The notes: generated by a model from the sequence alone, not told the origin. Numbered from the stretch's first letter, positions 1 to 10,202 are shown. The stretch is 31,408 nucleotides of DNA from Chloropicon primus (GCA_023205875.1 CP060767.1:558001-589408); one strand, 5' to 3'. Made by a program: numbers and translations.

Positions 1-1014
1 GTGCTTCTCCCTCAAGTTCGTCTGCACGTTCTCCTCCAGGGACTTGGTTCCGGCTGGGCACAAAGCGACCGCCAAGGCGAGCAGGGCGTACATCTGCTCC
101 ATCTTCTGCAAGATCTGGTCGTAGCCACTGCTCCTACTGTGGTACTGCTTGATCCTCGCGATGAACACCAGGCCCTGGTTGAACACCTTGATGGCGTCGA
201 GGTACCTTCGCATCATGAGGTAGCAGAATCCGGTGTAGTAGCTCGCGCTGATGTGGCACAAGGTTACCTTGGTGTAAAGCCCGGTCTTGTTGTGCAAGTC
301 CAGCGGCTCCATCGCCTGGAGACCTCCGCAGTAGTCGCCCAAAATGCAGTGCACCCTGAGAAGTCCAACCCTCGCAAAGTACCCCAAAACCTTCAAGCAG
401 TTGCTCCCCCTTCCGTTCCTGGCATCCACGTACCCCTCGGTCTCCGCCAATGCCTTTCCTCCATCCCTCTTCAACTCCGCCACAATGTCACTCTTGTCCA
501 CGAACGTCTGCAAGTAGTTCAGCACAGCAAGCGGGGACCACACCTCTCCGCACTGCTTCAGTCCCTCAATCTCCTCCGGCGTCCTTTGGTACAACTTGGC
601 TCGGTACTGGCAAAAGCTCTGGAACTGATAGATGAATTCATCAATCATCTGCCACAACCATCCATTAGGCAGCTGCATGTTCACGTTCCTGTTCAAGATG
701 ATCCCAAACAACGAGCAGTAGGTTTCCCAACTCTGGATCCTTTGGTCCAAGCTCGGCGTTAACTTGGCATACAAGTGCCTGAAGTACATCTCCTTGTAAA
801 GCAAACAGAACACGTGGTCATTGTCCACGTACTCCGCAATCGCTTCCGCGGCAGGCCACGGCGTCGTCTTGAAGTACCTCTCACTGAGTTTATGAAAACT
901 CGAATCGAACATGGAATATATCTCATAAATGTTCCTCTCTCTGATGTGCCTATAAAAGTAAACCACAAACTGCTTCACGAGGTCAGGCACCTCACCTCCT
1001 CGAAACCTTTCCAT
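1..1014 (-). CDS. EIF3L: Eukaryotic translation initiation factor 3 subunit L (5' part; runs off the left edge of the window)
   Basis: Not in the ORF track because the frame is open to the edge. Manual translation from ATG at 1014 gives MERFRGGEVPDLVKQFVVYFYRHIRERNIYEIYSMFDSSFHKLSERYFKTTPWP...LLYKEMYFRHLY...LPNGWLWQMIDEFIYQFQSFCQYR, which carries the characteristic eIF3L motifs LYKE.YFRH and WLW..IDEFIYQFQSF. Confidence 0.93.
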   Translation of the reverse strand, partial: MERFRGGEVPDLVKQFVVYFYRHIRERNIYEIYSMFDSSFHKLSERYFKTTPWPAAEAIAEYVDNDHVFCLLYKEMYFRHLYAKLTPSLDQRIQSWETYCSLFGIILNRNVNMQLPNGWLWQMIDEFIYQFQSFCQYRAKLYQRTPEEIEGLKQCGEVWSPLAVLNYLQTFVDKSDIVAELKRDGGKALAETEGYVDARNGRGSNCLKVLGYFARVGLLRVHCILGDYCGGLQAMEPLDLHNKTGLYTKVTLCHISASYYTGFCYLMMRRYLDAIKVFNQGLVFIARIKQYHSRSSGYDQILQKMEQMYALLALAVALCPAGTKSLEENVQTNLREKH

Positions 1015-1204
1015 CTTCCCTCTCACTTCCTCGTCCTCCTCCTCGTCGTCTTCGTCGTCGTCGTCGATCGGTTTCACGCGACGCGCGGCGCTCCTTTGGC
1101 TCTCTCTTTCGCTTCGAGCGCTCGCCGCCGCCGTCTACAAAAAAGTGTAAAACAACATACAAGACACCCAGAACACAAACCTCAAAAATCATTAACGCCC
1201 GAGT

Positions 1205-1207
<3 letters not shown>

Positions 1208-1249
<42 letters not shown>
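1208..1249. repeat. (CGA)14 microsatellite in the divergent eIF3L / transporter intergenic region
   Basis: Perfect trinucleotide run read directly from the sequence. Confidence 0.95.
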
Positions 1250-1251
<2 letters not shown>

Positions 1252-1517
1252 GTTCGGCTTTCGATGGGGGTTATTGCTTGGAGAGGCACTGGCATTCTTT
1301 CGTTCTTTCTAGCGTTGCTTCTAGGCCTGCACGTTGGAGGCTTGCCTTCCTGGGCGGCATGGCTTCATTATTCTAGGCCTGCACTTTAGAACATAACGCT
1401 TTATCTGGCGGGGAGGGAGAGGAGGAGGGGAGCCCTTGTGTTGCTTGGTGAGTTTTTTGACGGCCGGCCGGGGTGGTCGAATCGAGCGAGTACTCCTCTG
1501 CTCCTTCTGCTGCGAAC

Positions 1518-2507
1518 ATGGCCACCCGACGACGGGGACGACGACACGAGTCGCTCGCTCTGGAGACCTGGGTGATCATGGCGTGCTACGGGGTGACGAA
1601 CATCGCACTCTCCTTCGTGAACAAGGACCTGGCGCAGAGCGGGGAGGTCGAGATCCCGCCCCTGCTCCTGGCGCAGTGCGTGGCGACGGTGGTGCTCATG
1701 AAGCTCATGGCGCCCGCCGCAAAGGGGGAGCCCCGGGCTCTCCGAGCATTCTCACAGAGGATGCTCATCGCCTCGCCGGCGGCTCTCTTGTACGCCGTGC
1801 AGCATTACACGAGAATGAAAACCTTCGTCCTCGCGGCGGTCGACGTCGTGCTCGTGGCGAGACAGCTCGTGCCGATCTTGTGCTTCGCCATCGAGAGGGC
1901 CACGGGGACCGAAGACAAGCCACAAACCACCAAGTCCCTGGCCTGCATGGGGTGCATCATCGCGGGGGTTGCCGTTTATGCTCGTGGAAAAGCCGAAGCT
2001 TCGGACCGAGGGACGAGCGAAGCGGCCACAACGTTCGCCTGGACCCTCGCATTGCACTTGGCCTCCACGTCGGTTGCAAACGTTTACACGAAGCACGTCT
2101 GCCAGAGGATGCACGCCAGCCAGTACACCCTCGCGGTGAACTTGGTCAGCATTCCCATCTTCCTTTACTCTTCACGGAGGCACCTCGTTCCCGCGCCCGG
2201 TTTCGGATCCCTTGGCGGGCGGGCGAAAGGCCTCGCCGCCCTCTCAGTGGTCCTCTCCGTCGGGATTTCCCTGGCAGCGTCGATGACACAAAAGCGCATC
2301 GACTCGGCGAGCTTCGCGGTCTTCTCAAACGTGCTGAAGATTGCCACGATTGTGCTGAGTAGTGTTTTGGACAAGGATACTTCGGTAACTGCCACAAGCT
2401 GGGTGGGCATTGGCGCGGCCTTCGCGGGGTCCTATTTCTACTCCAAGTTCAGGCAAGACCCCAACAATGCCCCGACGGGAAGGAAAGCCAAGTCGAGAAC
2501 AAGTTGA
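1518..2507 (+). CDS. Nucleotide-sugar transporter (DMT/TPT superfamily, GDP-mannose transporter GONST/VRG4-like, divergent)
   Basis: 329 aa from the first ATG with about 9-10 hydrophobic segments. The first helix YGVTNIALSFVNK and the last helices (SATS-type GIGAAFAGSYFY followed by a basic tail) fit the family. Substrate is not assignable. Confidence 0.7.
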   Translation: MATRRRGRRHESLALETWVIMACYGVTNIALSFVNKDLAQSGEVEIPPLLLAQCVATVVLMKLMAPAAKGEPRALRAFSQRMLIASPAALLYAVQHYTRMKTFVLAAVDVVLVARQLVPILCFAIERATGTEDKPQTTKSLACMGCIIAGVAVYARGKAEASDRGTSEAATTFAWTLALHLASTSVANVYTKHVCQRMHASQYTLAVNLVSIPIFLYSSRRHLVPAPGFGSLGGRAKGLAALSVVLSVGISLAASMTQKRIDSASFAVFSNVLKIATIVLSSVLDKDTSVTATSWVGIGAAFAGSYFYSKFRQDPNNAPTGRKAKSRTS

Positions 2508-2603
2508 ACGCGAGAGAGGAGCAAGCGGGCACCACTGCGATAATATCATTCATTCATGGTGAATAAAACGACTCTTCATTTCTTTTCTTTTGAAATTTTT
2601 AAA

Positions 2604-4757
2604 TCACCTTTTTCGCCTTCCCCTCGCAGGCAAGTTTGGCGCGGCCTTCTTGTCCAGGGGAGCGGAGGATCTGTCCAGCATTTCGTTGACCTTGCCCGCT
2701 CCCTGACTTCCCTTGACCACGTTCTTCTCCTTCTTTTTCTCTTTCCTGGTCTTTTTGTAGCTCGACCTGTCCCTCTTTGCGATCCATCTCTCTGGGTCCG
2801 GCTCGGTTGGGTTGTTTGGATCCAACCCAGCGGGTGCCTTGGCCCTGCGCTTGGCCTTCCTCTTCTTCTGCTCCTTTTGCCTCTTCAGGACGTACTCCTG
2901 CCTTTCCGGGGGCAATGTCTTGAGGAATTCCCTCCTTTGTTGGGCCTTGGACCTTGTTACGAAAACTTCCTCGACTTGAGTCGCCTGTCCCGCTGCTGCT
3001 GACTTGAATGCCCTGCTTTCTCCCTCCTTGCTCTTCGCAGCGGAGGACGATGCCCCTGGCGCGGACATTGGCTGTCTCTTCACCTTCATCGTGGTCTGCT
3101 CCAAGAGCTCCACGTCAATCTCCTCGATTCCTGGAATGACGGGCATCTCACTCTCGTACTTGTCCGCCAGCGCAGAGTCGTCCACACCGTGGAGCTGCAC
3201 CAGGCCAGCCATGGCCTCGCTCCGAAGGGTGGGGTCCTCCGTCTTCGCCAGAACCTTCTGGTAAAGTGCTGCCGCCCCATCCAAGTCTTTCTGCTCGTAT
3301 TTGTACCGCCCAGCAATCTTCATGGCGCTGGCATACCTTGCCGCCAACTCGCTCGAGGCCGAGGGGGAGACCATTTGGGCATCCCACCACTCGGTGGCCC
3401 CGTCCACCGCGGCCATGGCCTGCGAGGACTCGTTGCACTTGCCGAAGAGGTGCAGCATGGTCGCCAAAGCCGCGGGCTGGAACTTAATTTCCTCCGGGAC
3501 GGACAGAAGCGCTTCGGCTGCCACCTTCCATGACGAGCAAGAGGCTGCCAGGTGGCACTTGGCGAGGTGCAAGTCCACGGAGTTCTCGTCCTTGTACTTC
3601 CTTCCAAAATCATCCAAGACCGCAAACGCCTTGTCCTTCTTGTCCTTCTTCAGCAGAGCCATAGCCTGCAGAACCACCGCTTCCATCGAGTTGGGTTTCA
3701 GCTTCAAGACTCCGAGTGCCGTCTTCTCCACCGCGTCAAACTTGTTGCCCAAGAGGCTCAAGATGGCGTAGTTCGTGAGCAGCTCAACGATTTCGTTCTC
3801 CTGGAGTCCCTCTGCCATCTCCGGATCGATCTCGAGTCCCTGGCCCGAGCCCTTGGACTGGAGCTTGTCGAATTTTTTGAGCGAGTCAAACACGTTGGAG
3901 TTTCCTCTCGCGGCCACAAGGTTGTTGGTGGCGATGGCCAGGGTGACATCCTCGGGGGAGATGTTCTTCAACACCTGCATGTTGCTCTCCACGCTTTCCT
4001 TGTCATTCCCAAGCTTGTGCTGGACAAAAGCCTTCTGGGCGAAAACGTGGGCCAACTCCTCCTTCATCTCTTCCTCCGTCATGTCATCCTCGTACAACGA
4101 CTCGTACCCCACCCTCTCCGCGACCTGAAGCAGGTCCATTGCGGTCTCGTACTGCCCCAGAGCCAACGAGGTGCACGCGTTGTTGTACGCAATCTCCGGA
4201 GTCTCCTCCAAAGACTTCTTGGTGGCTTTGAGCTGCTTCAGCACGGTCGCCACTTCGGACGCTTCCCCCGCCGCGATATACGCCGCTATGATGTTCCCCA
4301 GGAGATCCGCCGTCACCTTTGACCTCAAGAACCCCTGCTTCTGCTTGGACAAGAGCTCCTGATACACCTTCTTGCTCTCCTCCATCCTCCCCAAACGATA
4401 CAGCAACTGACCCTTGAGCTCCAGCGTCCCTTCTGTCTCGCTCCCTTCCCCCTTCGCCTCGAGCACCATCCCCAGCGCTTTGCTCAGGTTGCCGTTCCTG
4501 TAGTAGCAGTACGCCCTCTCCTTCACAAGCTCCCCATCTCCCCACTGGCTCTTCTTGTTCGCGAAACCGTGAGCCTTCTCCAGCTGGCCCAAGTGGATCA
4601 ACGCCACAAGCTTACAGTGTTTCGCGGTCCCATCCTCCGGAACAACCTCCAATAACTCCGTCGCGTGCTTAAGCACCTTCTTGTGCTGCTTTCTCCCGCA
4701 TGCAGCCTTCAGCTTCGTGAACCCTTGCGCCACCTTACGATCCAACTCTTCCTCCAT
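2604..4757 (-). CDS. SRP72: Signal recognition particle subunit SRP72
   Basis: N-terminal TPR region (ERAYCYYR, LELKGQLLYRLG, EIAYNNAC) and the C-terminal RNA-binding signature PDPERWI within a Lys/Arg-rich tail. First in-frame ATG at 4757, giving 717 aa. Confidence 0.95.
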   Translation of the reverse strand: MEEELDRKVAQGFTKLKAACGRKQHKKVLKHATELLEVVPEDGTAKHCKLVALIHLGQLEKAHGFANKKSQWGDGELVKERAYCYYRNGNLSKALGMVLEAKGEGSETEGTLELKGQLLYRLGRMEESKKVYQELLSKQKQGFLRSKVTADLLGNIIAAYIAAGEASEVATVLKQLKATKKSLEETPEIAYNNACTSLALGQYETAMDLLQVAERVGYESLYEDDMTEEEMKEELAHVFAQKAFVQHKLGNDKESVESNMQVLKNISPEDVTLAIATNNLVAARGNSNVFDSLKKFDKLQSKGSGQGLEIDPEMAEGLQENEIVELLTNYAILSLLGNKFDAVEKTALGVLKLKPNSMEAVVLQAMALLKKDKKDKAFAVLDDFGRKYKDENSVDLHLAKCHLAASCSSWKVAAEALLSVPEEIKFQPAALATMLHLFGKCNESSQAMAAVDGATEWWDAQMVSPSASSELAARYASAMKIAGRYKYEQKDLDGAAALYQKVLAKTEDPTLRSEAMAGLVQLHGVDDSALADKYESEMPVIPGIEEIDVELLEQTTMKVKRQPMSAPGASSSAAKSKEGESRAFKSAAAGQATQVEEVFVTRSKAQQRREFLKTLPPERQEYVLKRQKEQKKRKAKRRAKAPAGLDPNNPTEPDPERWIAKRDRSSYKKTRKEKKKEKNVVKGSQGAGKVNEMLDRSSAPLDKKAAPNLPARGRRKR

Positions 4758-5421
4758 CTCTTCCTCTCTCTGTCGATGCAAAGGTTCGGGATGATCGCCT
4801 TCGTGTTTGTTTTCTTCGAGTGCCACCTCTTTCGAAAGGGTAAGAGAAAACGAATCCACGTGCGTGTGTACCCGACCTTGCCTCTGCCTCCCTCTACCCT
4901 CGTCCTCGTCCTCGTCCTCGTCCACCGCTTCCTCACGCGACACAAACGCCTTCGCCGCCAAACCTAATGAAGCCGCTCCGATCAAAGGGCTCGGCTCTGC
5001 TGCTGGGAGGAAGAAGGAAGGAGGAAGGAGGAGGGCTTGGCGATGGTGGATGGGGCAGGAAGTGGAGGGAGGGGCAAGGGAAAGGGCGTGTGGCAAGAGA
5101 TCGTCTCACGAGCTTAGGTTTGAGACTCCACTCCACAGTCGGGAGAAACAGAAACGCTTTGCATTGGCGGTTAGTGTACACAGGCGCAAAAAAGTAGTGT
5201 ACCACAAACAAACCGTTGATTTTCAATTTTCAATTTTGACAGAAGAGCCACGACGACGACGTTCGTTTCGATCGATCGGTTGGCTTCGTTCAGACCGAAA
5301 CTTCGGACGGCACGAGACGACGGGAGCGGAGGGATTGAAAGAAAGCGCGAGTTCGTCTCAAGGGCTTTCGTTTGAGCGTTCACTCGTGTGATTTGAGTAC
5401 GATTTGGTCGGTGAAGGAAGG

Positions 5422-8400
5422 ATGGCGTTGAAGGTTCCGCTAGAGTTGGTGGAGCTGGAGAGGAAGCAGTATGGAATGGACTTGAGGAAGGAGAGAGGGG
5501 AGGAGGTGGATGGGTTGGCGAGTCAGTTGGTGAAGGAGTTATGCGAGAACGAGGCGACGTGTCTGGCGCACGAGGTCGGGGAGGACAAGGGCGAAGGGGT
5601 GCTGAGCAGAACACTGACGGTGGTGAAGCACTTCAAGGAGGTGGGGAGGGACAACAAGGTGAGGGTGGCGGACTGCCTTGGGTCGAACCTCTCCGTTCTG
5701 AATGCCACGATTGATGCGACGACGGCGGACATCAAGCAGAGGAAGGCGGGGGCATCGAAGAAGGGTCAGGACGACCAAGTGGAGGAGGACCTGAAGACTC
5801 TGAGGGTGGCGCTCAAGCTCCACGTGTGCTTCCTGGACTGCGTGTTGCGTGAGGCGACGGCGTTCGGGAAGGCGAACCCTGAGACGGCCAAGGCGAAGAA
5901 GGGCAGCGGTGCCGCGGGAAGGAGCAAGACGAGTGGTCAGAACTGGGAGTGGCTCTTCGCCATCGAGAAGGTTCTCAGGCCCCTCGCCTGCTCGAGCGGC
6001 CTCGACCTTCACACTCTCTTCGATGGGAACCAGCTTGAGACCGAGCAACTTCTTCACAAGTTCTCCGGAACGGCACTGCTCGCGCTCAACTGCAACCCTT
6101 GCCTGGGCTCCGGACAGAGCGGGAGCTCCATCAAGGAGTCCCTGATGAGACTCCTCGCCTACACCTGCCACAAGATGATGTTGCTGGACTCGGCCACCCA
6201 CAGCGGCGCCTTGCCCGCTGCCGTCGCTGAGGCGGAGGAGGCCAAGGAGGAAGAGGAAGGGCAAGAGAGCGAGGAGGGGGCAGAGAAATCTGCGGAGGCT
6301 GACGAGATGAACAACCATGTCGCGGCCGACTCCAAACTCGATGCGCTCCTCCCAGCGTTTGTGGACACAATCAACAAGCAAGAGGCCGCTTCGAGTGTTC
6401 TCGTTGATGCCGTCATCTACGCGAGCCAAGCCCTCGGGAATTCGAGCTTTGGTAAAGAGCTCGTGAACGAGTTGGCAAAGGTGGACCCTCGGGACTACAA
6501 GCTGCAGCAGCAGTCCGACGCTCAGGGTGTGAAGAACGTGGCGTCGTTCTTCATCGACATGGCCGAGAGGCTCCCACAGGTGATGACGTCCTGTCTCAGC
6601 ATGATCGTTCCACACTTGGGAGGCGAGGCCTACAACCTGAGATCTGGAATCGTGACCGTGATTTCCAGGATATTGGTACACCACTCGTCCAACGGAGGGG
6701 CCGCCGCCCACGCTCCGACGGGAAGCGAGACCTTCCTCAAGTCCAAGCAGCACTTTTTGAAGATTTTGGTTGAAAGAGTCTTTGATGTCTCAGCCTTCAC
6801 CCGAAGCAAGACGCTCCAAAGCTGGTCTTACCTTTGCCAGCACAAGGCAATCCCAATCGGTTACTGGAATTACATCGCTGAGATCGCCATTGGGAGGCTC
6901 GAAGACAAGGCCGCTTTGGTCAGGAAGAGCGCAATGCAGCTCCTGTCCACAATGCTGCAGTACAATCCTTTTGCCCCTTGCTTGCCCGTGACCAAGTTCG
7001 AGCTCTCTCTCCAAGAGTACCAGGAGAAGTTGGAGAGTGCGAAGAAGGAGAAGAAGTCTCCAAAGGAAGACGAGGGAGGCGAGCAGGCACAGGAGTCGGA
7101 AGAAGCTGCGGCCAATGGCGAGGACGGGAAGGACGAGGATGAGGGTGCCGACCCAGAGCTTGCGAGCTTGAGGGCCTTGGTGGCATCCCTCGACGCTGCT
7201 GTGAAGTTCTGCAGGCACTTGACGAGCAGCATCGATGTCATCACCCAGCTCCTGGCCTCTTCATCCATCACGGATGCGACCGAAGCGATATCCTTCATCG
7301 TTTTGCTTTGCCAGTTCCAAATTCAGGGTGCAGACGGTGCCGCGAGGAAGATTTTGCCACTGATATTCTCGCACGAGCAGACCGTGAAGGATGCAGTGAT
7401 TGACGGCTTCGCGCAACTTTACGTCAGGGAAAGGATGGATGCACTTGCGACCGTCCTGTCGAAGCTTGTGATTTCGCTGAACGTGGGGGAGATGGCCTCC
7501 TTGCAGAGCATTTTCAAGGAGCTGTGGTCCAAGAAGATACTGGACCACTCTCTGGTTGACGACTTGCTTCGCATGCTTCCATCGAGCGAGACTGATGTCT
7601 ACACCTTGCAAGGAGGTCTGCACCTGTTCTCGCTGATTGCCCTGGAGGACTCTGATGTCGTTGTGGACAATTTGAAGACCATCATCGAGGCAGGGTTCGG
7701 AAGAGCGGCAAGGAGGAACCCTTACATCTACAGGTCTGCCTGCAACATCTTGACGAACCTTCCAAAGGGGTCCTTTGTGCTGAAGAACGAGAGCCCTGTT
7801 TTCGGGAAGATCGTGCAGATTATTGCTGGAAGGGACGAGCACATACCTAGCCTTCAGTGGTACAGTGTGGCGGAGGCATGCATTTCCGCTCTGTACTCTC
7901 TCAACAGCAACCCTGAGACCAGCGCGTGCACCATCCTGAGGTTCATGTCCACTCTCATGACAGATGAGAACGGCGTCCTTTCAGTGAAGAGCACCTCTCG
8001 CTTCCTCTTTGCGGCCGGTCAGATTGCGGTGAAGCACCTCGTTCACATCGAGTCTCTTGGCAGCAAAGTGAGGCAGAGGAACCAGACCAAGGGCGGAAAG
8101 GACGAAGAGAAGGACGACATAGCTGATCAGATTGGTGCCGGAGCAGCCGCTGCTGATGCTGCCCTGGACACGCTCTTGGACGAGACCGAGAAGGAGATTT
8201 TGTACAGCAACAACATTGTCTCCCTCTGCGGCCCCTTGCTTCATGTCCTCTGCACGGACAGCGACCTGATGCAGAGCCACATTCAGCTCAGGGTCGCGGC
8301 CACGCTGGCTCTGACCAAGCTCATGTGCTTGGACGCAAAGTACTGCGAGCAGAACCTTCCAATTCTGTTCTCCATGCTTGCGAACAAGTCCAACGAGACT

Positions 8401-9303
8401 GAGATCCGAAGCAACATTGTGATTGCCCTGGGTGACCTCGTGTACAGGTTCCCAAACAAGCTTGAGCCCTGGACGAAGCACATCTACCAGGTTCTGGAGG
8501 ACCAGGACACCAAGGTGCGCAAGCACGCACTGATGGTGTTGTCCCACTTGATCCTGAACGACATGCTCAAGGTCAAGGGTCACGTCAGCCGCATCGCGAG
8601 GCTCTTGCTGGACTCCGACAAGAGGACCGCCTCCTTCGCTGAACTTTTCTTCCACGAGCTCTCCAGGAAGACGGCCACGACCGTGTACAACCTCATTCCT
8701 GATATTCTGTCCAACTTGAGCAACGACGCCAGCCTCGAGGAGGAGGGGTTCAGGTACATCATGCAGCACATTCTTGCGTTCATCCAGAGGGACAAGCAGA
8801 CTGACGGGCTGATCGAGAAGCTCTGCCACCGGTTCGACGCTTGCGGAGAGAACCGCATCAACTGCAACATTGCATTCTGCATCAGTCAGCTCAACGTCAC
8901 CGAGAAGGGGTTGAAGAGGCTTTCAGAGAATTTCAAGCACTACAAGCACGTCTTTGAGAACGAGGAGGTCGTGGCGTACTTCCAGCTCATTCTCGCAAAG
9001 GCCAAGAAGGTCGTCGCCAACAAGCAGAACCTCAAGGCGGCTGCGGACGACTTGGAGAGCAAAATCCAGACTGTTGTGACCGAGTCCTCCGAGGCGGACG
9101 CGGAGAACGGTGGTGCCGAGGAGGGAGCGGACGACGCGAAGCCCGACAACGTCGGTGCCAAGGCGGAGGCCGAGAACCAGGCTTCCGCTGGTTCGACCGA
9201 GAAGCACCACAAGTCCGAGCCAACCACCGTGCAGGAGACGGAGACCAAGCCTGCCCGTGCTCTCCGGAGCTCGAGCCGTTTCAACAAGAAGACCACGGCC
9301 TAA
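5422..9303 (+). CDS. NCAPD2: Condensin complex subunit 1 (CAP-D2 / Cnd1)
   Basis: HEAT-repeat protein with ERVFDVSAFTRSKTLQ, GRLEDKAALVRKSAMQLL and the Cnd1 C-terminal block IRSNIVIALGDL...VLSHLILNDMLKVKG...YNLIPDILS. ATG at 5422; single exon. Confidence 0.95.
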   Translation: MALKVPLELVELERKQYGMDLRKERGEEVDGLASQLVKELCENEATCLAHEVGEDKGEGVLSRTLTVVKHFKEVGRDNKVRVADCLGSNLSVLNATIDATTADIKQRKAGASKKGQDDQVEEDLKTLRVALKLHVCFLDCVLREATAFGKANPETAKAKKGSGAAGRSKTSGQNWEWLFAIEKVLRPLACSSGLDLHTLFDGNQLETEQLLHKFSGTALLALNCNPCLGSGQSGSSIKESLMRLLAYTCHKMMLLDSATHSGALPAAVAEAEEAKEEEEGQESEEGAEKSAEADEMNNHVAADSKLDALLPAFVDTINKQEAASSVLVDAVIYASQALGNSSFGKELVNELAKVDPRDYKLQQQSDAQGVKNVASFFIDMAERLPQVMTSCLSMIVPHLGGEAYNLRSGIVTVISRILVHHSSNGGAAAHAPTGSETFLKSKQHFLKILVERVFDVSAFTRSKTLQSWSYLCQHKAIPIGYWNYIAEIAIGRLEDKAALVRKSAMQLLSTMLQYNPFAPCLPVTKFELSLQEYQEKLESAKKEKKSPKEDEGGEQAQESEEAAANGEDGKDEDEGADPELASLRALVASLDAAVKFCRHLTSSIDVITQLLASSSITDATEAISFIVLLCQFQIQGADGAARKILPLIFSHEQTVKDAVIDGFAQLYVRERMDALATVLSKLVISLNVGEMASLQSIFKELWSKKILDHSLVDDLLRMLPSSETDVYTLQGGLHLFSLIALEDSDVVVDNLKTIIEAGFGRAARRNPYIYRSACNILTNLPKGSFVLKNESPVFGKIVQIIAGRDEHIPSLQWYSVAEACISALYSLNSNPETSACTILRFMSTLMTDENGVLSVKSTSRFLFAAGQIAVKHLVHIESLGSKVRQRNQTKGGKDEEKDDIADQIGAGAAAADAALDTLLDETEKEILYSNNIVSLCGPLLHVLCTDSDLMQSHIQLRVAATLALTKLMCLDAKYCEQNLPILFSMLANKSNETEIRSNIVIALGDLVYRFPNKLEPWTKHIYQVLEDQDTKVRKHALMVLSHLILNDMLKVKGHVSRIARLLLDSDKRTASFAELFFHELSRKTATTVYNLIPDILSNLSNDASLEEEGFRYIMQHILAFIQRDKQTDGLIEKLCHRFDACGENRINCNIAFCISQLNVTEKGLKRLSENFKHYKHVFENEEVVAYFQLILAKAKKVVANKQNLKAAADDLESKIQTVVTESSEADAENGGAEEGADDAKPDNVGAKAEAENQASAGSTEKHHKSEPTTVQETETKPARALRSSSRFNKKTTA

Positions 9304-9639
9304 CGGCTTAACGCTTAACGTTTTTATGGTAGAACTCTCTTCTTTCATCGATAGGATAGGATAGGATAGATCCAAGAGATCCCTCCAAAAGGTCCCTTCC
9401 TTTTCCTTCGTCCCCCTCTCCTGTCCTGGGACAAAGACCAGAGTCAAGGGGATCCTATCTCTATCTCTTTTCTCTCGTAATTCCTCCCCTCCTGTGTTGA
9501 CCACACACCAAGGGATTACCACTCTAGCTCGTCTCGGTCTCGTCGTCACAGAGAGAGGAAGAGAAAGAATCCAACGTCCTCCACACACACTCCTCCACTT
9601 TTCGTTACAAGACATTCACGTCAACCTGGGGGGCCTACA

Positions 9640-9870
9640 TGGGACCAAAGGTCTTGGGACGAAAAGGAGAAACCGAGGAAAGGAAACCAAAGGAAATATC
9701 TCTTTCGTTTCCAGACGTTCGCACCAATCTGGGGTAACAACGTGGGACCAAAGGTCTTGGGACGAAAACGCGAAACCGGAAGGAAACGAAAGGAAATGTC
9801 TCTTTCGTTTCCAGACGTTCGCGCCAATGTGGGGTAACAACGTGGGACCAAAGGTCTTGGGACGAAAACG
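9640..9870. repeat. About 100-bp tandem repeat (2.3 units) with internal inverted repeats
   Basis: Identical 26-mer TGGGACCAAAGGTCTTGGGACGAAAA at 9640, 9743 and 9843. The two intervening segments are near-identical to each other. Confidence 0.95.
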
Positions 9871-10202
9871 CACATGACAGAGAGGCGAGACCTTGGAGCC
9901 CCAAGAGGCGAGAGACCCTGGAGCTGGAGCAAGCACAGGAGCATCATCCCATCCCATCACAAGCCCCCTCCCCTCAGGATGGTCCATGGTTACCTGAGGT
10001 GAGGGACCTGAAGCTTTTCACTTTTCGTACCGACCTTGGGTCCAACAAAGGGAAGCCTTCAAGGGAAAGGGAAGGAGTCCTTGGGTTGTTTGTGTTTGTT
10101 TGTGTGTGTGCGTGTGTTCCGCCATGGAGACCAGCAGGAAGTAGGGGAGTGGGAGACCGCAAGCGTTTGAGGTGGTTGTGTACCGCCGCCTTTCGGTCCG
10201 CC

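Noticed and set aside
1..762. 253-aa plus-strand ORF
   Set aside because: Antisense shadow of eIF3L, which is the recognisable protein on the minus strand.
4758..5096. 113-codon in-frame N-terminal extension of SRP72
   Set aside because: It starts at a non-ATG codon and is made of simple repeats. SRP72 similarity starts at the ATG at 4757.
9640..9870. CRISPR-like appearance of three identical 26-mers
   Set aside because: The intervening segments are near-identical and about 75 nt long rather than unique spacers. There are no cas genes and the context is eukaryotic.
9640..9870. Hammerhead ribozyme / retrozyme interpretation of the repeat
   Set aside because: GAAA motifs and stems are present, but no CUGANGA core was found on either strand.
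9999..10202. Upstream extension of the NEK-like ORF
   Set aside because: GTG start and TG-microsatellite content; most likely 5' UTR.
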